DNA of 63,691 nucleotides, counting the filler, from Reticulomyxa filosa (taxonomy: Eukaryota; Protista; Foraminifera): the NCBI GenBank assembly GCA_000512085.1. It is 14 parts of 14 records of this genome, joined end to end, with 100 filler letters (N's around TTAATTAATTAA, not from the genome) between each part and the next. Parts side by side here need not be neighbours in the genome. Positions count along the whole stretch, not along the records: positions 1 to 19,629 come from ASPP01010322.1; 13 more parts are not named here. One strand, 5' to 3'. The notes beneath the pieces were generated by a model. It did not search any database. It saw nothing but the letters and a program-made list of their open reading frames with translations, and was not told the DNA's origin. Position 1 is the stretch's first letter. Every line of letters begins with the position of its first letter. A program made the translations under genes and the position numbers. Of this stretch, positions 1 to 11,829 are shown piece after piece.

Positions 1-84
1 CTTTGTGTGTAGCTTGTGATCTTTTTTTTTTTTTGCAAAAATATTTTATTCCACTTCCTCATTTTATCGGTTTTGTTGTAAAAG

Positions 85-2425
85 CAGAGAACTTACTTGC
101 ACATTCTTGATAACAGTAATTTCTTTCATTTGAAATGTCCAACAACACTGTTTCTCACGCGTCTTTCAAAGTTTGAAGTGCTGAAGGTTATATTATAATC
201 TTTTTTTTTGAAGTATATAATACTAGTGTTGTAAACAGGTTATGAGGAACTTGAGAAGAAGTCACGCAGAACCAAATGAAAGCATACATGAAGTAGATGC
301 CGACAACTTGAAAACGAATGAGCGCGTGGATCTAGGTATCAAAGAAATAGTGGCGAATCCGGGAAGTACGAATATTCATCCTTGGAAATGTCCATCCCGA
401 CACATAATTGGGACAGACTGTTGTAAAACGTATGTTGAACACAAAAATCCAGGATGGAGTGATCTCTACTTTATTTTCATTTCGACAATACCACCCCCTG
501 AAGGATCCATCATTTGTGATAAGCAATGGGTAAACAAACCAAAAAAAAAAGAAAAGCTCATCTTTTGTAAGAAATATTATACCTTTGGTAGAATAAATAA
601 ACAAATAAAACACAAAAAATATATAATGTAAAGAAATTCAAGTTTGAATTGGTATTCAAATATAAGTCCAGCTACTACGCATATCCATTTCGAACCTCAT
701 ACGAAATTCTAAAAGAGTTGCATAGCAAAATTGAAGCTAAGCAAAAAGTGCAAGGAGAGGAAGACAACAACAATAAAATAAAAAAAAATAAAAAAAATTA
801 AAAAAAATAAAAAAAATAAAAAATAAAAAATGATAAAACTGGCTCTAGGAAGAAGAAAAAAAAAAAGGCAAAGCATTCTTTCCATCCAAACAGTATCCAT
901 CGCCCACAAAAAAATCCCAAACTAAAAATGCAAAAAAATCGGACAACAGCAATGCCAAGATTCTTCGTCGCACATCATTTCCATGGTTCATGCGTTTGCA
1001 TGCTGGTACCAAGCAAGTGGACAAAATCCGGGAGTTATTTCTTGTGACTCTTTTTTTTTTTTTTTTTTTTTTTTTGGAGAAATAGATTTTGTGAGCGCTA
1101 TTTGCAATTGTCTAAGAAAAAAAAAAAAAGTTACATTCAACACCTATTTTCCAGCCCTTCGCTCGTATTGTGCAATTGGTTCTTTGAGAAATTGGTAGAA
1201 AAAGACACGGTGTTTTGCGAATCATTGAAACAAGAGTTGATAGGCAAAGCTCGACAGCGCTTGGAGAAATGGAACCAAAAGGCCACTCTTACCACATTGC
1301 AATTTGCCGATTTGAAAGACAAAACTGCTGCTAATTCGCAATACAATTTTCACACGGCTTATGTGGTGCGAAAGCCGTTAGATCAAAGTCGTCTGCTCTA
1401 TCATTGGGCGCTGGCATTTGAAGGCAAATACTTGCTGCGCGTCGAATTCTTTGACGACAACTGTGTCAAATGGGTCTTAGTTAAGTACACTCCTTTTTGT
1501 TTGTACGTGCAATATATATATATGTATATGTACATATATATATATATATATATGCACGTATATGTTTAATGCGTATGTGTGTATTAGGCTGTTGTGATAT
1601 GTGCATTTGAAATGAACAGCTGGAAAACAGCAATGAACACAAGCGAGTATTCTGGTATGCTCCATCAGAGTTCACTCAACGGTGGCTGCTGTTGTTGACT
1701 CTACCCGCCCTTCGTCGTGACAAGGCGTTGCACGTTAGTAAAATTGGAGTTTGGTTGGAGAATTGGCATCGTCGTCATGACCGTTACAGCGTTTTGACCA
1801 ATAATTGTCAGCATTTTGTCAGGTTCTTATATACATATATGTGTATGTATGTATACTGATAATACATATTTTTGGTAGCACTTGAAATATTCGGGCACAA
1901 CAAAAAATGTTCGCCACACATACACACATACACATATATACAAAATGTATATAAAAATAAAGGGATATGGTGGCTCACTTCAACACAGACAAAGCATTGG
2001 ATTTGAATGGATTAATGGACGTCCAGAGTGGCACTGCATTAATTCCTGGATTGCTACTTTCGCATAATTTAAATCAATTTGTTCGGACCTATGATGAGTG
2101 GAAATTGGCCAAAGCTGATTCAAGACTAGAGTAACTTGTTTTAAAAAAGAAATTATTTTGACTCTCCTCTTCTTTCTGTTCCTCTTTTTCACTCACTCTA
2201 CTCTTTTATTCAATTGAGTTACACATAATTCGGGTTTGCTACTTTGTTAAAAGATTGCCCACAGCGCAGCCCGATAATCCCAACAATCTTGGCAGTGAAC
2301 CAAACACAAAAGTGGCTCATCCTATTCCGGTGACAATCGTCAAGCCTCGGATTTCGTGCTTAGATAGCTTCTATTCGATCATTGCAAATAAAGACAACGC
2401 CAAAACTTTTGCTACTTCCAAGTAG
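85..2425 (+). CDS. Multi-exon protein (5' partial): PX-like domain followed by a permuted papain-like (LRAT/PPPDE-type) cysteine hydrolase domain
   Basis: Manual GT-AG splicing gives ...KFKFELVFKYKSSYYAYPFRTSYEILKELHSKIE...TSFPWFMRLHAGTKQVDKIRDYIQHLFSSPSLVLCNWFFEKL (PX-like), then ...YHWALAFEG... and ...RYSVLTNNCQHFVRDMV (His + NC motifs). Stop TAG at 2423-2425. Confidence 0.6.
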
Positions 2426-2959
2426 TGTTATATCTGTTGGCTAAAAACGAAAAGTTACTATTTCTTTAGCTTAAATCAAATATTCCTATTTTATTATTTT
2501 CCCAGTGCAAATTAGACAAGAGTATAATTGTTATGCAACACGGGCATGTCTCTGAAGTCGATTTATACCGTCAAAAAAAAGATTGTGTTTGCAAGTCAGT
2601 GCTAAGAATGGAACTTCTGTGCATCTTTGATCGAACAAATTTATTATTCCTATAAAAAATTCTTTACACACGTATGAGAACACCGTTTTGGTATAGTACC
2701 CATCATAAAAAAAAAATAAATCAATTTGAAAATTTCATAAAAATGGTACAGTCATGTACATTTCACTTTTTTGTAAAAATTTTGGATACTTGATATATTT
2801 TTTGATTACTCAATTAGTAGTAATGTCTGCGGTCACAAAAAACATCAAGTTTGAGTGGTTTCTCAAATGAGTAGCAGGTTTGAGATTTAAACAGTACTTT
2901 TGAATTTAGTTCAGAGCCAACTTTTTGAAAGTACCAATCTATCGAGTGTGATTGCCGCA

Positions 2960-5843
2960 ATGATCACACAATATCAAAAAAAAAAAGTGAAACCTGGCTT
3001 GATTGAATTAGACCCAAACGAATGCGCAATTCTTGTTCACATAGAAACACAATATATAAACTACGACCCGGAAAACAAAACAACACCCGTTGTCGTAAAC
3101 AAAAGCAATAGCTACAAAAAAATTAAGATTGAAGAATTGGATAAACAGACAAATCTAGGCAACTACGCAACGCAACTGATTGAAAAATGCAAATATATCC
3201 ATCCTTCAAAACATCAGCAATTGACGAATTTGCTAACAATGTTAAAAGAAAGGACACAACAAAACAAAAGTAAAATCGAAGTGTGTACAACAACTCCGAT
3301 CACACCAAGTGATGAAAATGTGCGCCAAACAGAGATACCAAAAGCCTTCAACGATAGTTCCCTCACTCAAGAAAGGGAAAAGGAGCAAACATCCCAATCA
3401 ACAGTCATGCAAAAGCAAGCAGAGGAAAATCGAAATCAACTTGACTCTCGAGGTTCAAAAAGTGAAAAAATAAGCGAAGAATTAAAACGAGAAAAAATGA
3501 CCGAGAGTCACAAGAGAAAGGGTATGTTTTTTGTTACACCAACAAGGAATAAAATTTTTTTTCTGAATGTGCACCATTAACTATCTTTTAATGTATACGT
3601 CTGGTTTGTCAAAACAGAAAAAGAAAAACTCCAAAAACGACAAAGGAGACAACAACTGAAAATTGAAAAAGAACTAAGTAAAAACAAACCTAAAGACGTG
3701 GAAAAAGCTGATATAAATAACATTGAAAAGTACATGGAATGTTTATATGAAGAAGACAATATAAAAAGAATTGAAGCCACCTATTGCATACTTCAACTCC
3801 TCCACTCTAACGAAAGAAATATCACTGCAATGATCAAAAATCAAGCACTACTAAGCTGCTTGTCACGTATACTGCAAGAGGAACGGAAAAAGCATACTGA
3901 GTTTATTACAAATATTTTGGAAATATTTTTTGTATTTTCCAATGTTTCCGAATTCAGTGATGTACTTACCCAATACAAAATCGGGATGACATCAATGCAA
4001 ATTATAAGCCAAGAATGTAAACGTTATGATATCATGCAGTCACAAGTGACAGCAATTGCGAATGAGAATATTTCAAGCATTGAACATGTAAATAACGAGT
4101 CAGGGCCGACTACGGATAAAAACTTGCCGTCAGAAAACATGGAGCTTGTGATAAAATTGTTACGACAAGAAAAATTGCTGTACGTGTGCACGTACATTTT
4201 ATTAAATTTGAGTGAAACAAGCATTGAAAACGAATTGAAAATGGTAAGAATTGATATCATTAAGTACCTGATAAAAACCTTGGAACGAGAAAACCCTTTC
4301 AGTGAGCTGTGGCTAATTCAATTATTTTATTTATCTTTGCTATTTTTGCACAAACTATCTTTATTTCGAGAAAACATTGGTAGCATGAAACAGTATCATT
4401 TAATCCGGCATTTAAAACGCTTATACACGACACTGTGCAAGAACAGTGGAAATGAAAACTTTTCTATTATCGAAGCCGCAATACTTCAATTATTATTAAA
4501 TCTTTCCTTTGATAATGAAGTTAAACAACAATTATGTGAATGGGAATTTCCAGAGCTTTTATACCGCTGCATTCAAAAAAATGAAACGCCCACTTCATCA
4601 AAAGAAATCGGCATAAAGATATTGTATAACATATCCACGTTTGCAGGAAAAGAAGATCTAAGGTCAGCTTTATCTGCAAACTCTACGTGGACAGAAATGA
4701 TTATTGAGAATATAATAAAATTTCCTTGCAAATTCGTTGAAGAAAATCTTGTTGCACTTGCGATCAATTTGAGCAGTGTGGCAACAGTTCATCAACAATG
4801 GTCAGATCCAGAAGTATTGGCACAATTGTTCAAAAAAGTTCAAAGAACGTTGGACCCGTTGCTAATGAACTTAATCAATCATCTAATCCTGCAAAGCAAT
4901 CCAATTACAAAATTGAAATTAAAGAAGTATATCCACCCAATGTGTTCTATGTTGACTCAGTCAATGAAAAGGGAAAATGTTTGCCAAACATCAACATCTC
5001 TATGGTTCTACATTTTAAAAACAATGCAATGCTTTGACAACGTTGAATCTTTAGATCTAAAATGGTCTGATGTTTTGATTCAATATGGACTAGTCCAATT
5101 GTTTATGGACTGTCTTATCAATACGAATGGAAACATTACTATTGAAAATGATATTGCTCTACACATATTGATAATAACCGGCGTCTTTTTGAGTGATGAC
5201 AAATGTGCCGTACACCTTGCACAAAATGAACAATTTGTGCAGCTGCTTATTAAAACTGTTCATGGTACGTTATACATAAAAACATATTTTGATCGATCTT
5301 TTTTAGAAGTGGTATATTTATTCACATATCACAATGCTTGTTGAAATTTGCATTTATTTGCTTGCCTTTTTTCTCCCAGAGCACATATATGACGAAGAGA
5401 TCACTCTTCAAGGAGTACACACAGTAATGAAGTTGCTATTGTATGAAGGCACTCGTGATATTTGTGTAGACAAGTGTAATGTGACTGAGTTGTTAATTGG
5501 TTTGAGCAAAGACAAAAACAGTCATATCTGCTCGTTGTCAAATTTGTGTTTGGATATTATTTCACAAGAAACAAATAATGTTGCAATAAAAGAAGAACGA
5601 TTTGCTGCAACAAACAATGATTGGTTCCAATTTGTTTCATCTGCGGTTCAACCTGAAAATTCATGCACTTTTGAACAATCGCGTTCCCTTTCACCTTTTA
5701 ACAATGTACATAACATCAGAAAAAGTGAAGATACGAGTGATGACGAGTCAAATCTCCAACAGCTTTTGGTTCTTACTCGTTCATTAGACGATAAAATCTC
5801 TTCCGTTAATGGGGACTCGGCTGATGAAAAGTACATCGCATAA
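2960..5843 (+). CDS. KIFAP3: Kinesin-associated protein 3 (KAP3/KIFAP3), armadillo-repeat subunit of kinesin-2; 3 exons
   Basis: KKVKPGLIELDPNECAILVHIETQ, LIEKCKYIHPSK, ADINNIEKYMECLYEED..RIEATYCILQL and RQEKLLYVCTYILLNLSE...ELKM match KAP3 motifs. Introns at about 3523-3617 and 5266-5379. Confidence 0.88.
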
Positions 5844-6731
5844 CATTGATAATCAATTGTTTGTTTTTCATTCTCAAAAATAATTAATTTACACATAAGA
5901 AAGGCATGCATACGAAAACGCATGAAATTTAAGGTAAAGGATAAGTTAAAAACATCAAAACCTAAATGATAACATATAAACAGTAAGTAAACGTTTGTGT
6001 TGGCAAGGTTATATAAACGTCAATAAAATTTCCATTAAAAGATTGTACAAAAAATTGAAAAGCATCTGATAAACATGTTTTCTATTTATTCTTCGCTTTT
6101 TTCTTAATGTTCTGTTATTTATTTCAAATTGAATAACTGAGTCGTTTAGCATTATAAAAAAAAACGGCAAAAAACTATGACCAACTGACCGTGGCCAAGA
6201 TTTTCTATTCGCGCTATTATGAACAGCCTAATACTTGTACGACAAGATCAAGGGAACCTTGAAACATCTTTTTTCCTAAATTTCTTTACTTGCACTGTCC
6301 ATCAACCTTCTCTTTTTCTGCTGTTAATCACTCTTTTGTTACTTGGTTTCGTTTTTTGCGGAAATTTTTTACTAACAAGAAATTCATATTGTATCTTATG
6401 ATTGCATATTCATATTTCAGATATTCTATAAAAAAAATTTTGAAACGGCCAGCTTCACTAAAAAATTGACAAACTGCAATGTTAGCATTTGTAGTACTTT
6501 CGTCAATGCTTGTGTTTCAGTTAATTTGCAGAACCAGAGATTACACGGCGTGTTGTCAAAACTTGTAGGGATGTAGTAAGGAATAAAATGTGAAACTACA
6601 CACTCAAATTACATTTACGTTGAGAAAGCCTCTTGAAAATAAACTTTTCAAACGATGGTGTCAGCTTGACGTTGCTAAAAAAAGGGTGTTGTATAATACA
6701 TTTTGAAAGATCGGGGGAAAAAGAAAAGCGA

Positions 6732-9448
6732 ATGCAGGCGTTTCGGCAAATAGTCTCTTCACTCACACGCATAAATGATGGAAAACATCCACCAGATGAA
6801 TTGCTACAAAAATACCGAGAAGATTTGAACGGGTTGAACGGTCAGGTAGAACAGATACGACAACAGTTCAATTCATATAGTGATAACTTTATTCATGCTT
6901 CCGAGTCCGCGGTAGTATTATCAAAATTGGTTTCTCAATTTTACGATCATACAGAGCAGCCAAACACAATCAAATCAGTCAAGTTAGCAATATTTATTAG
7001 CCTGTGTGTTTAAATAATGATGCATACGCATAAAAAAAAAAAGGGGGCGAAAGGGGTCAAAAATTTTTTTGAATAAACTTTCAAAAACGGAAATGTTGTC
7101 ATTGAAATATGTTTACGTACAGAGCATATTATGGTGCAAACGAAGAAATAGCCAACAATGCAGTGAAATTATTCCAGGAGCAATTGCATGCGCCACAAGG
7201 TCTAATCGGTGAGTTAGACAACTGGCAACAGGTGATCGGATCATTACAGCAAGAGATCGAAGAGATCGAGCGCGCACGTGCATCGGCTCAGGCATCGAAC
7301 GATCGGTTGAACTCGCTAAAGGACCAATATGACCGCTTGAAAAAAAAGCAAGCAGTATCCTCCGGAACCTCGGCTTCGACCGGGAGCAGTGCAACGGCCG
7401 CTCAAGAGGCACGCGACTTGGAAGAGCGAATCAAAGAGACCACAAATGTGACCAAGTCGTTGGTGAAAGAATTCAAAGAGCAAAAACAGAAAATTGGAGA
7501 CGTCGTCACGAACATGTTGAAAGAAAAGTATCGAATATTTGACCGCGTGTACGTGCAACTGTTGGAATGCCAATTGGCATTTGTTGCCATGTGCGGTGAT
7601 TTGACCAAACCTTTTCAGCCTTGGGTCGAATATTATCGAAAGCAATATCCAAAGACTTACTCCGATTCTAACGAACATCCGTTGTATCAATCGACCGAAA
7701 AACTTGTACAACGTCGCAAATCTCCTGTAGAAAATTCCAATAATGGTAGACCTGTCGGTGAAAGGAATAGTTCCCACGACCAGGATTCCAATTCCAAGCC
7801 CAATGCAAATACCGCCGAGACAGATGACACGCGTGGCTATGAAAATGTTGCCTCTCCCTCGGCTTCCAAAGGACGTAACTCTGCAAAAAATTCGGAAAAT
7901 GGCAATAATAGTAATAGCAATACTAATCATAGCAGCAAAACAAACGGCACTCCGCATTCGCGTGGAAATAGTGGAGACATCAAGTCTAGTGCTGCAAGGG
8001 TCAAAAAGAATTCTACTGCTTCTGCTCATTCAGTTTTTTATTTTTATTTTTGTTTCTTTTCACCCCTACCCCAAAAAAAAAAAAAAAAAAAAAAAAGAGT
8101 CATTCGATATTTGTTGAGATTGTTTTGCCTATTATCATCGCATTTATTGAATGCCACTAACATCAGTTGAATGTTTGTTTATGAATAACAAATAGGACTT
8201 TCAAGGAGGTATGTCAATTGAATTGGAAATAGAATACAAACACACGTGCAAAAAAAAAAAAGTATAGTCAATAGCTTGAAATACAAGCAAATTATGCATG
8301 AATAGACTCTGAATCAAAGAACCCCGTGCCGTCTTCTGAAAAAAACAAGAACCAAACATCAGCTACGTCGCCGCATGAACACAATGATTTCCTGTTCGGT
8401 GATTTTGCATCGCCAACATCAGAACACCAATCGAATCCGACTTCACAAGTTTGAGATTGTTTTTTGTGGACTTTTTTATGCCAAGGCCAAACAACTAAAC
8501 TGCGACTGTATTATGCTTGATCTTTTGTATTGTAGAAGAAAACTTCAACAACGGAAGATGAGCATGAAGAGTTTGGACATTTTATGGATGGTAGCAATCA
8601 CTCAACGACAAAAAAACAGCCAGAGAAGCAATATCCAATGGGGAACTTATTTGAAAGTGGAAAGAATCGATCGCAAGGAGATCGAAAAGACAAAGATTTT
8701 TGGGGGATGTTTGATACAGAGACAGCCTCTAAACGCAAAGGCACAGACACAGACAAACCAAAGTCACCGAATCAAACCAACGCCGCACTTGCCGAATCAC
8801 ACAAATCTAACTTTTCCAAATCAGAATCACAAATTTCTAGACCAAACGCTTCTGGAAATGCATCGTCCTCGCAAAAACGTGGGCACAATCACCTGCAACC
8901 AGTCAACGAACAACCTCGATCAAAATCAGAGTCACCTGAGACCCCTAAAACAGAGTTAAGCCATTTATCCTTTTCTGCTTTTCATCCTTTAAAAGGAAAA
9001 CAAAGAGCGAATGGAACGTGGATGCACAATTTTTTTTTGTTTGTTTAGCAGCAAGGCCCGAATCGAAAATAGAGTGCAAGAGCGTATGCGTTTTGTGAAA
9101 GAGTCATATGCACAAGAAGCAAAGGAACAGGCAGAGCGAATTAAATATAAAGATGAAATAGAGAGCAAATTGGATGAATGGGAATATGCGAATGGGGCAA
9201 GACGAAATATCCGATCACTATTAACCAAACTCCCAGAGATTTTGTGGGAAGATTCGGGATGGAAACCAGTGAGCTTAGGAGATTTGGTACAACCGGCCAA
9301 ATGCAAGAGGGCATATCAAGTGGCATTGCGGGTTGTACATCCTGATAGAGCCACTAATCGTGGAGATGACACAAAACAAGCTGTCATATGTGAACGTGTT
9401 TTCACTGCTTTGAATGAAGCTTGGACTGAATTTGAAAAGACGTTGTGA
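6732..9448 (+). CDS. Auxilin-like J-domain protein with N-terminal BAR-like helical domain; 6 exons including a 13-nt microexon
   Basis: C-terminal NIRSLLTKLPEILWEDSGWKPVSLGDLVQPAKCKRAYQVALRVVHPDR...ERVFTALNEAW is the auxilin/Swa2-type J-domain (HPD). The N-terminal ~250 aa is three long amphipathic helices. Phase-consistent GT-AG introns link all the ORF pieces. Confidence 0.8.
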
Positions 9449-11829
9449 TACGTTTTATTCAATTTCTGTTGGCCTTTTCATGCTTTTGATCTGACAATAC
9501 GTTTTGTTTTTTCTTTTTTTTGGACATATTGACTTAAATTTCACAGTTAAGTATCAAAATAAAATGGTAAGCTCAATCGCCAAAAAATATAACAAAAATT
9601 CTTTCTTGCATGTTTTTGAGTGTACGGTTGCGAGTTAGTTTTTTTTACAGCTCATTCTTTACACAACAAGTTGTTTTTGGCCAATTTACTGATCAACAAC
9701 TCAGACAACCTCTAAGTATTATCTTAAACAAAAAAATATTGACAACTTTCGAAATAGTACAAAGAGTTTGGTTTATTTTTTGGCAAAAACTTTTACTGCA
9801 AGATAATTTGATCAAATTTTGTGCGAAGTTGTGTTGCTAATGTGCAACAGATTTATTTGTGGAAAAATAATTATAATTTAAATTATTGGATTTTTTCCAA
9901 TAATTTATTTTCTTCAGTTCCTCTCGAGTCTGCGCGCTATGATTACAATAATTTACATTATATTTATGGTGTCTTCACAAACGTGTTACTCAGTGTGTGA
10001 TCGTTTTTTCATAAGGAAATCACGTAGATACTTTTTAAAATGTGAGTATGTAAGTTTCCGCACAATAATTTAATTTTTTGTTGTTATGAAGAAAAAATTG
10101 TTTTAAGTACTGAAACCAATATAATCATGGTTTTGTATCATGTGAGACAAACATTAATTAAATAAAGTTGACTGGGACAGAAAACTTGATAGTAATTTAT
10201 TAATATCAAATTGAACATTAATATCGGTATTTGTAAAAAACTGTAGTTAGTGTTAGAAACTTTCAATGATTTGAAAACGACATCTACACAAGAAGATTGA
10301 AGACAGTGTATTTACATATGAACATTCAATTAAAAAAAAGAACTACTCATGCAATCAAGTCGTTGCAATGCCGACAGTCAGACCACTTGTACTTATGTTC
10401 TTTGCAAAATGTAGAATTGAACATTCATCGTCTGGACATCGATATATTCGAAGACAAAAGTTTGCATAAATTTCGACGACAGTATGTAACAGACTTGACA
10501 CGATAGAATATCTAATCAGAAGGCATACTTATTTTAATTTTATCAAATGCTTTGACTAGAAAATCGCAAAAGCAATCAAAACAATAGTGATGACAATGAA
10601 ATAGTATAATAAGGATAAAGATAATACATAATAATAACGCTGACTATATCGACGAAGAATTATAAATGATTATATACGAACAATTTGAAGCATTCTTTGG
10701 ATCTTATTGTAAGATGGAAATAAACAAAAAAAACACATTTACAGATTGTAAAAAAAAACTTTTCCTAAAAAAATAAAATAGTTTAATTTTAATGTAAATA
10801 ATACATTGCATTTGACTGGACCAATTGCACACGAGACCAAAGAACAAATTTATGTCTATATTGTGGCGTATATGCATAAAAGGCTGCAATCTCTGTTACA
10901 GTTAAGTGTTTTCAAATATATATAAAGTGATTTATTGTTTCTATTATCAAGAGAAATTTGCATATAGTGTCATTTTATGTGAGTAAAGTGCTATTTTGAT
11001 TTAAAGCTGCAAACAGACTTGGACCAAGTGTATATATTCTCAATATGTTACTTCTATCTAGCTATCAGTGATGCACAAACACAAAAGTTGGAGACAATTA
11101 ATATCACATCAATTAATGACGTCACCTCCAAACAGCAGCAAAGCTGTTTTAGATATTCGCAACATAGTACGAATGTTTGATATCCTCCAAAGTTCGAAAA
11201 GGATATTATCAGTTATCACTAATATATATGTATGTTTTTATTTTTATTTTTTTATAATATCTTTCAGAATTTGAGAAAAGCGCTTTTATTTATTACACAA
11301 TTTCGCCTTCAGTGTTTGCAGAAAAAATGTACAACATAATGTGCTATTTTATAAGTGTTCTAAGTATTTCTGATGATGAGATTGATGATTTTGACATATT
11401 TATTTGTTTTTAAATTTTGTTGTCAAATATGTAATTTTTTTAGCAAATTTTTAAAATTAAAACAATAAAAAAAATTATGTGTCAAAACAAATTTAAAATA
11501 TATTAATAACAAGATAGTGCTTAAAAAAAAGGAGAAATAATCTGTTTTCATGGGGAAAATCGATTTTCTTAATAAAGTGCAAAATAGCTTTGCTTTTTTT
11601 TTTTTACAAACTAATGTAGTTCGTGTATTAATAAACTTGGATAATACTAAGCTTTACTAGCGAAAAAAAATAAGTTTCTGTAAAAGTACACTTGCGACAT
11701 TATGAATCAATTGGACAAAAAGAATCGTCAAATTCAAGTTACAAATTTCCGTTTTCAAAAGCAAAATTTCAAATGTATTTACACAAGATTTTCATCAAAT
11801 GACACTAGATACAGACATTAATGTCGGTG

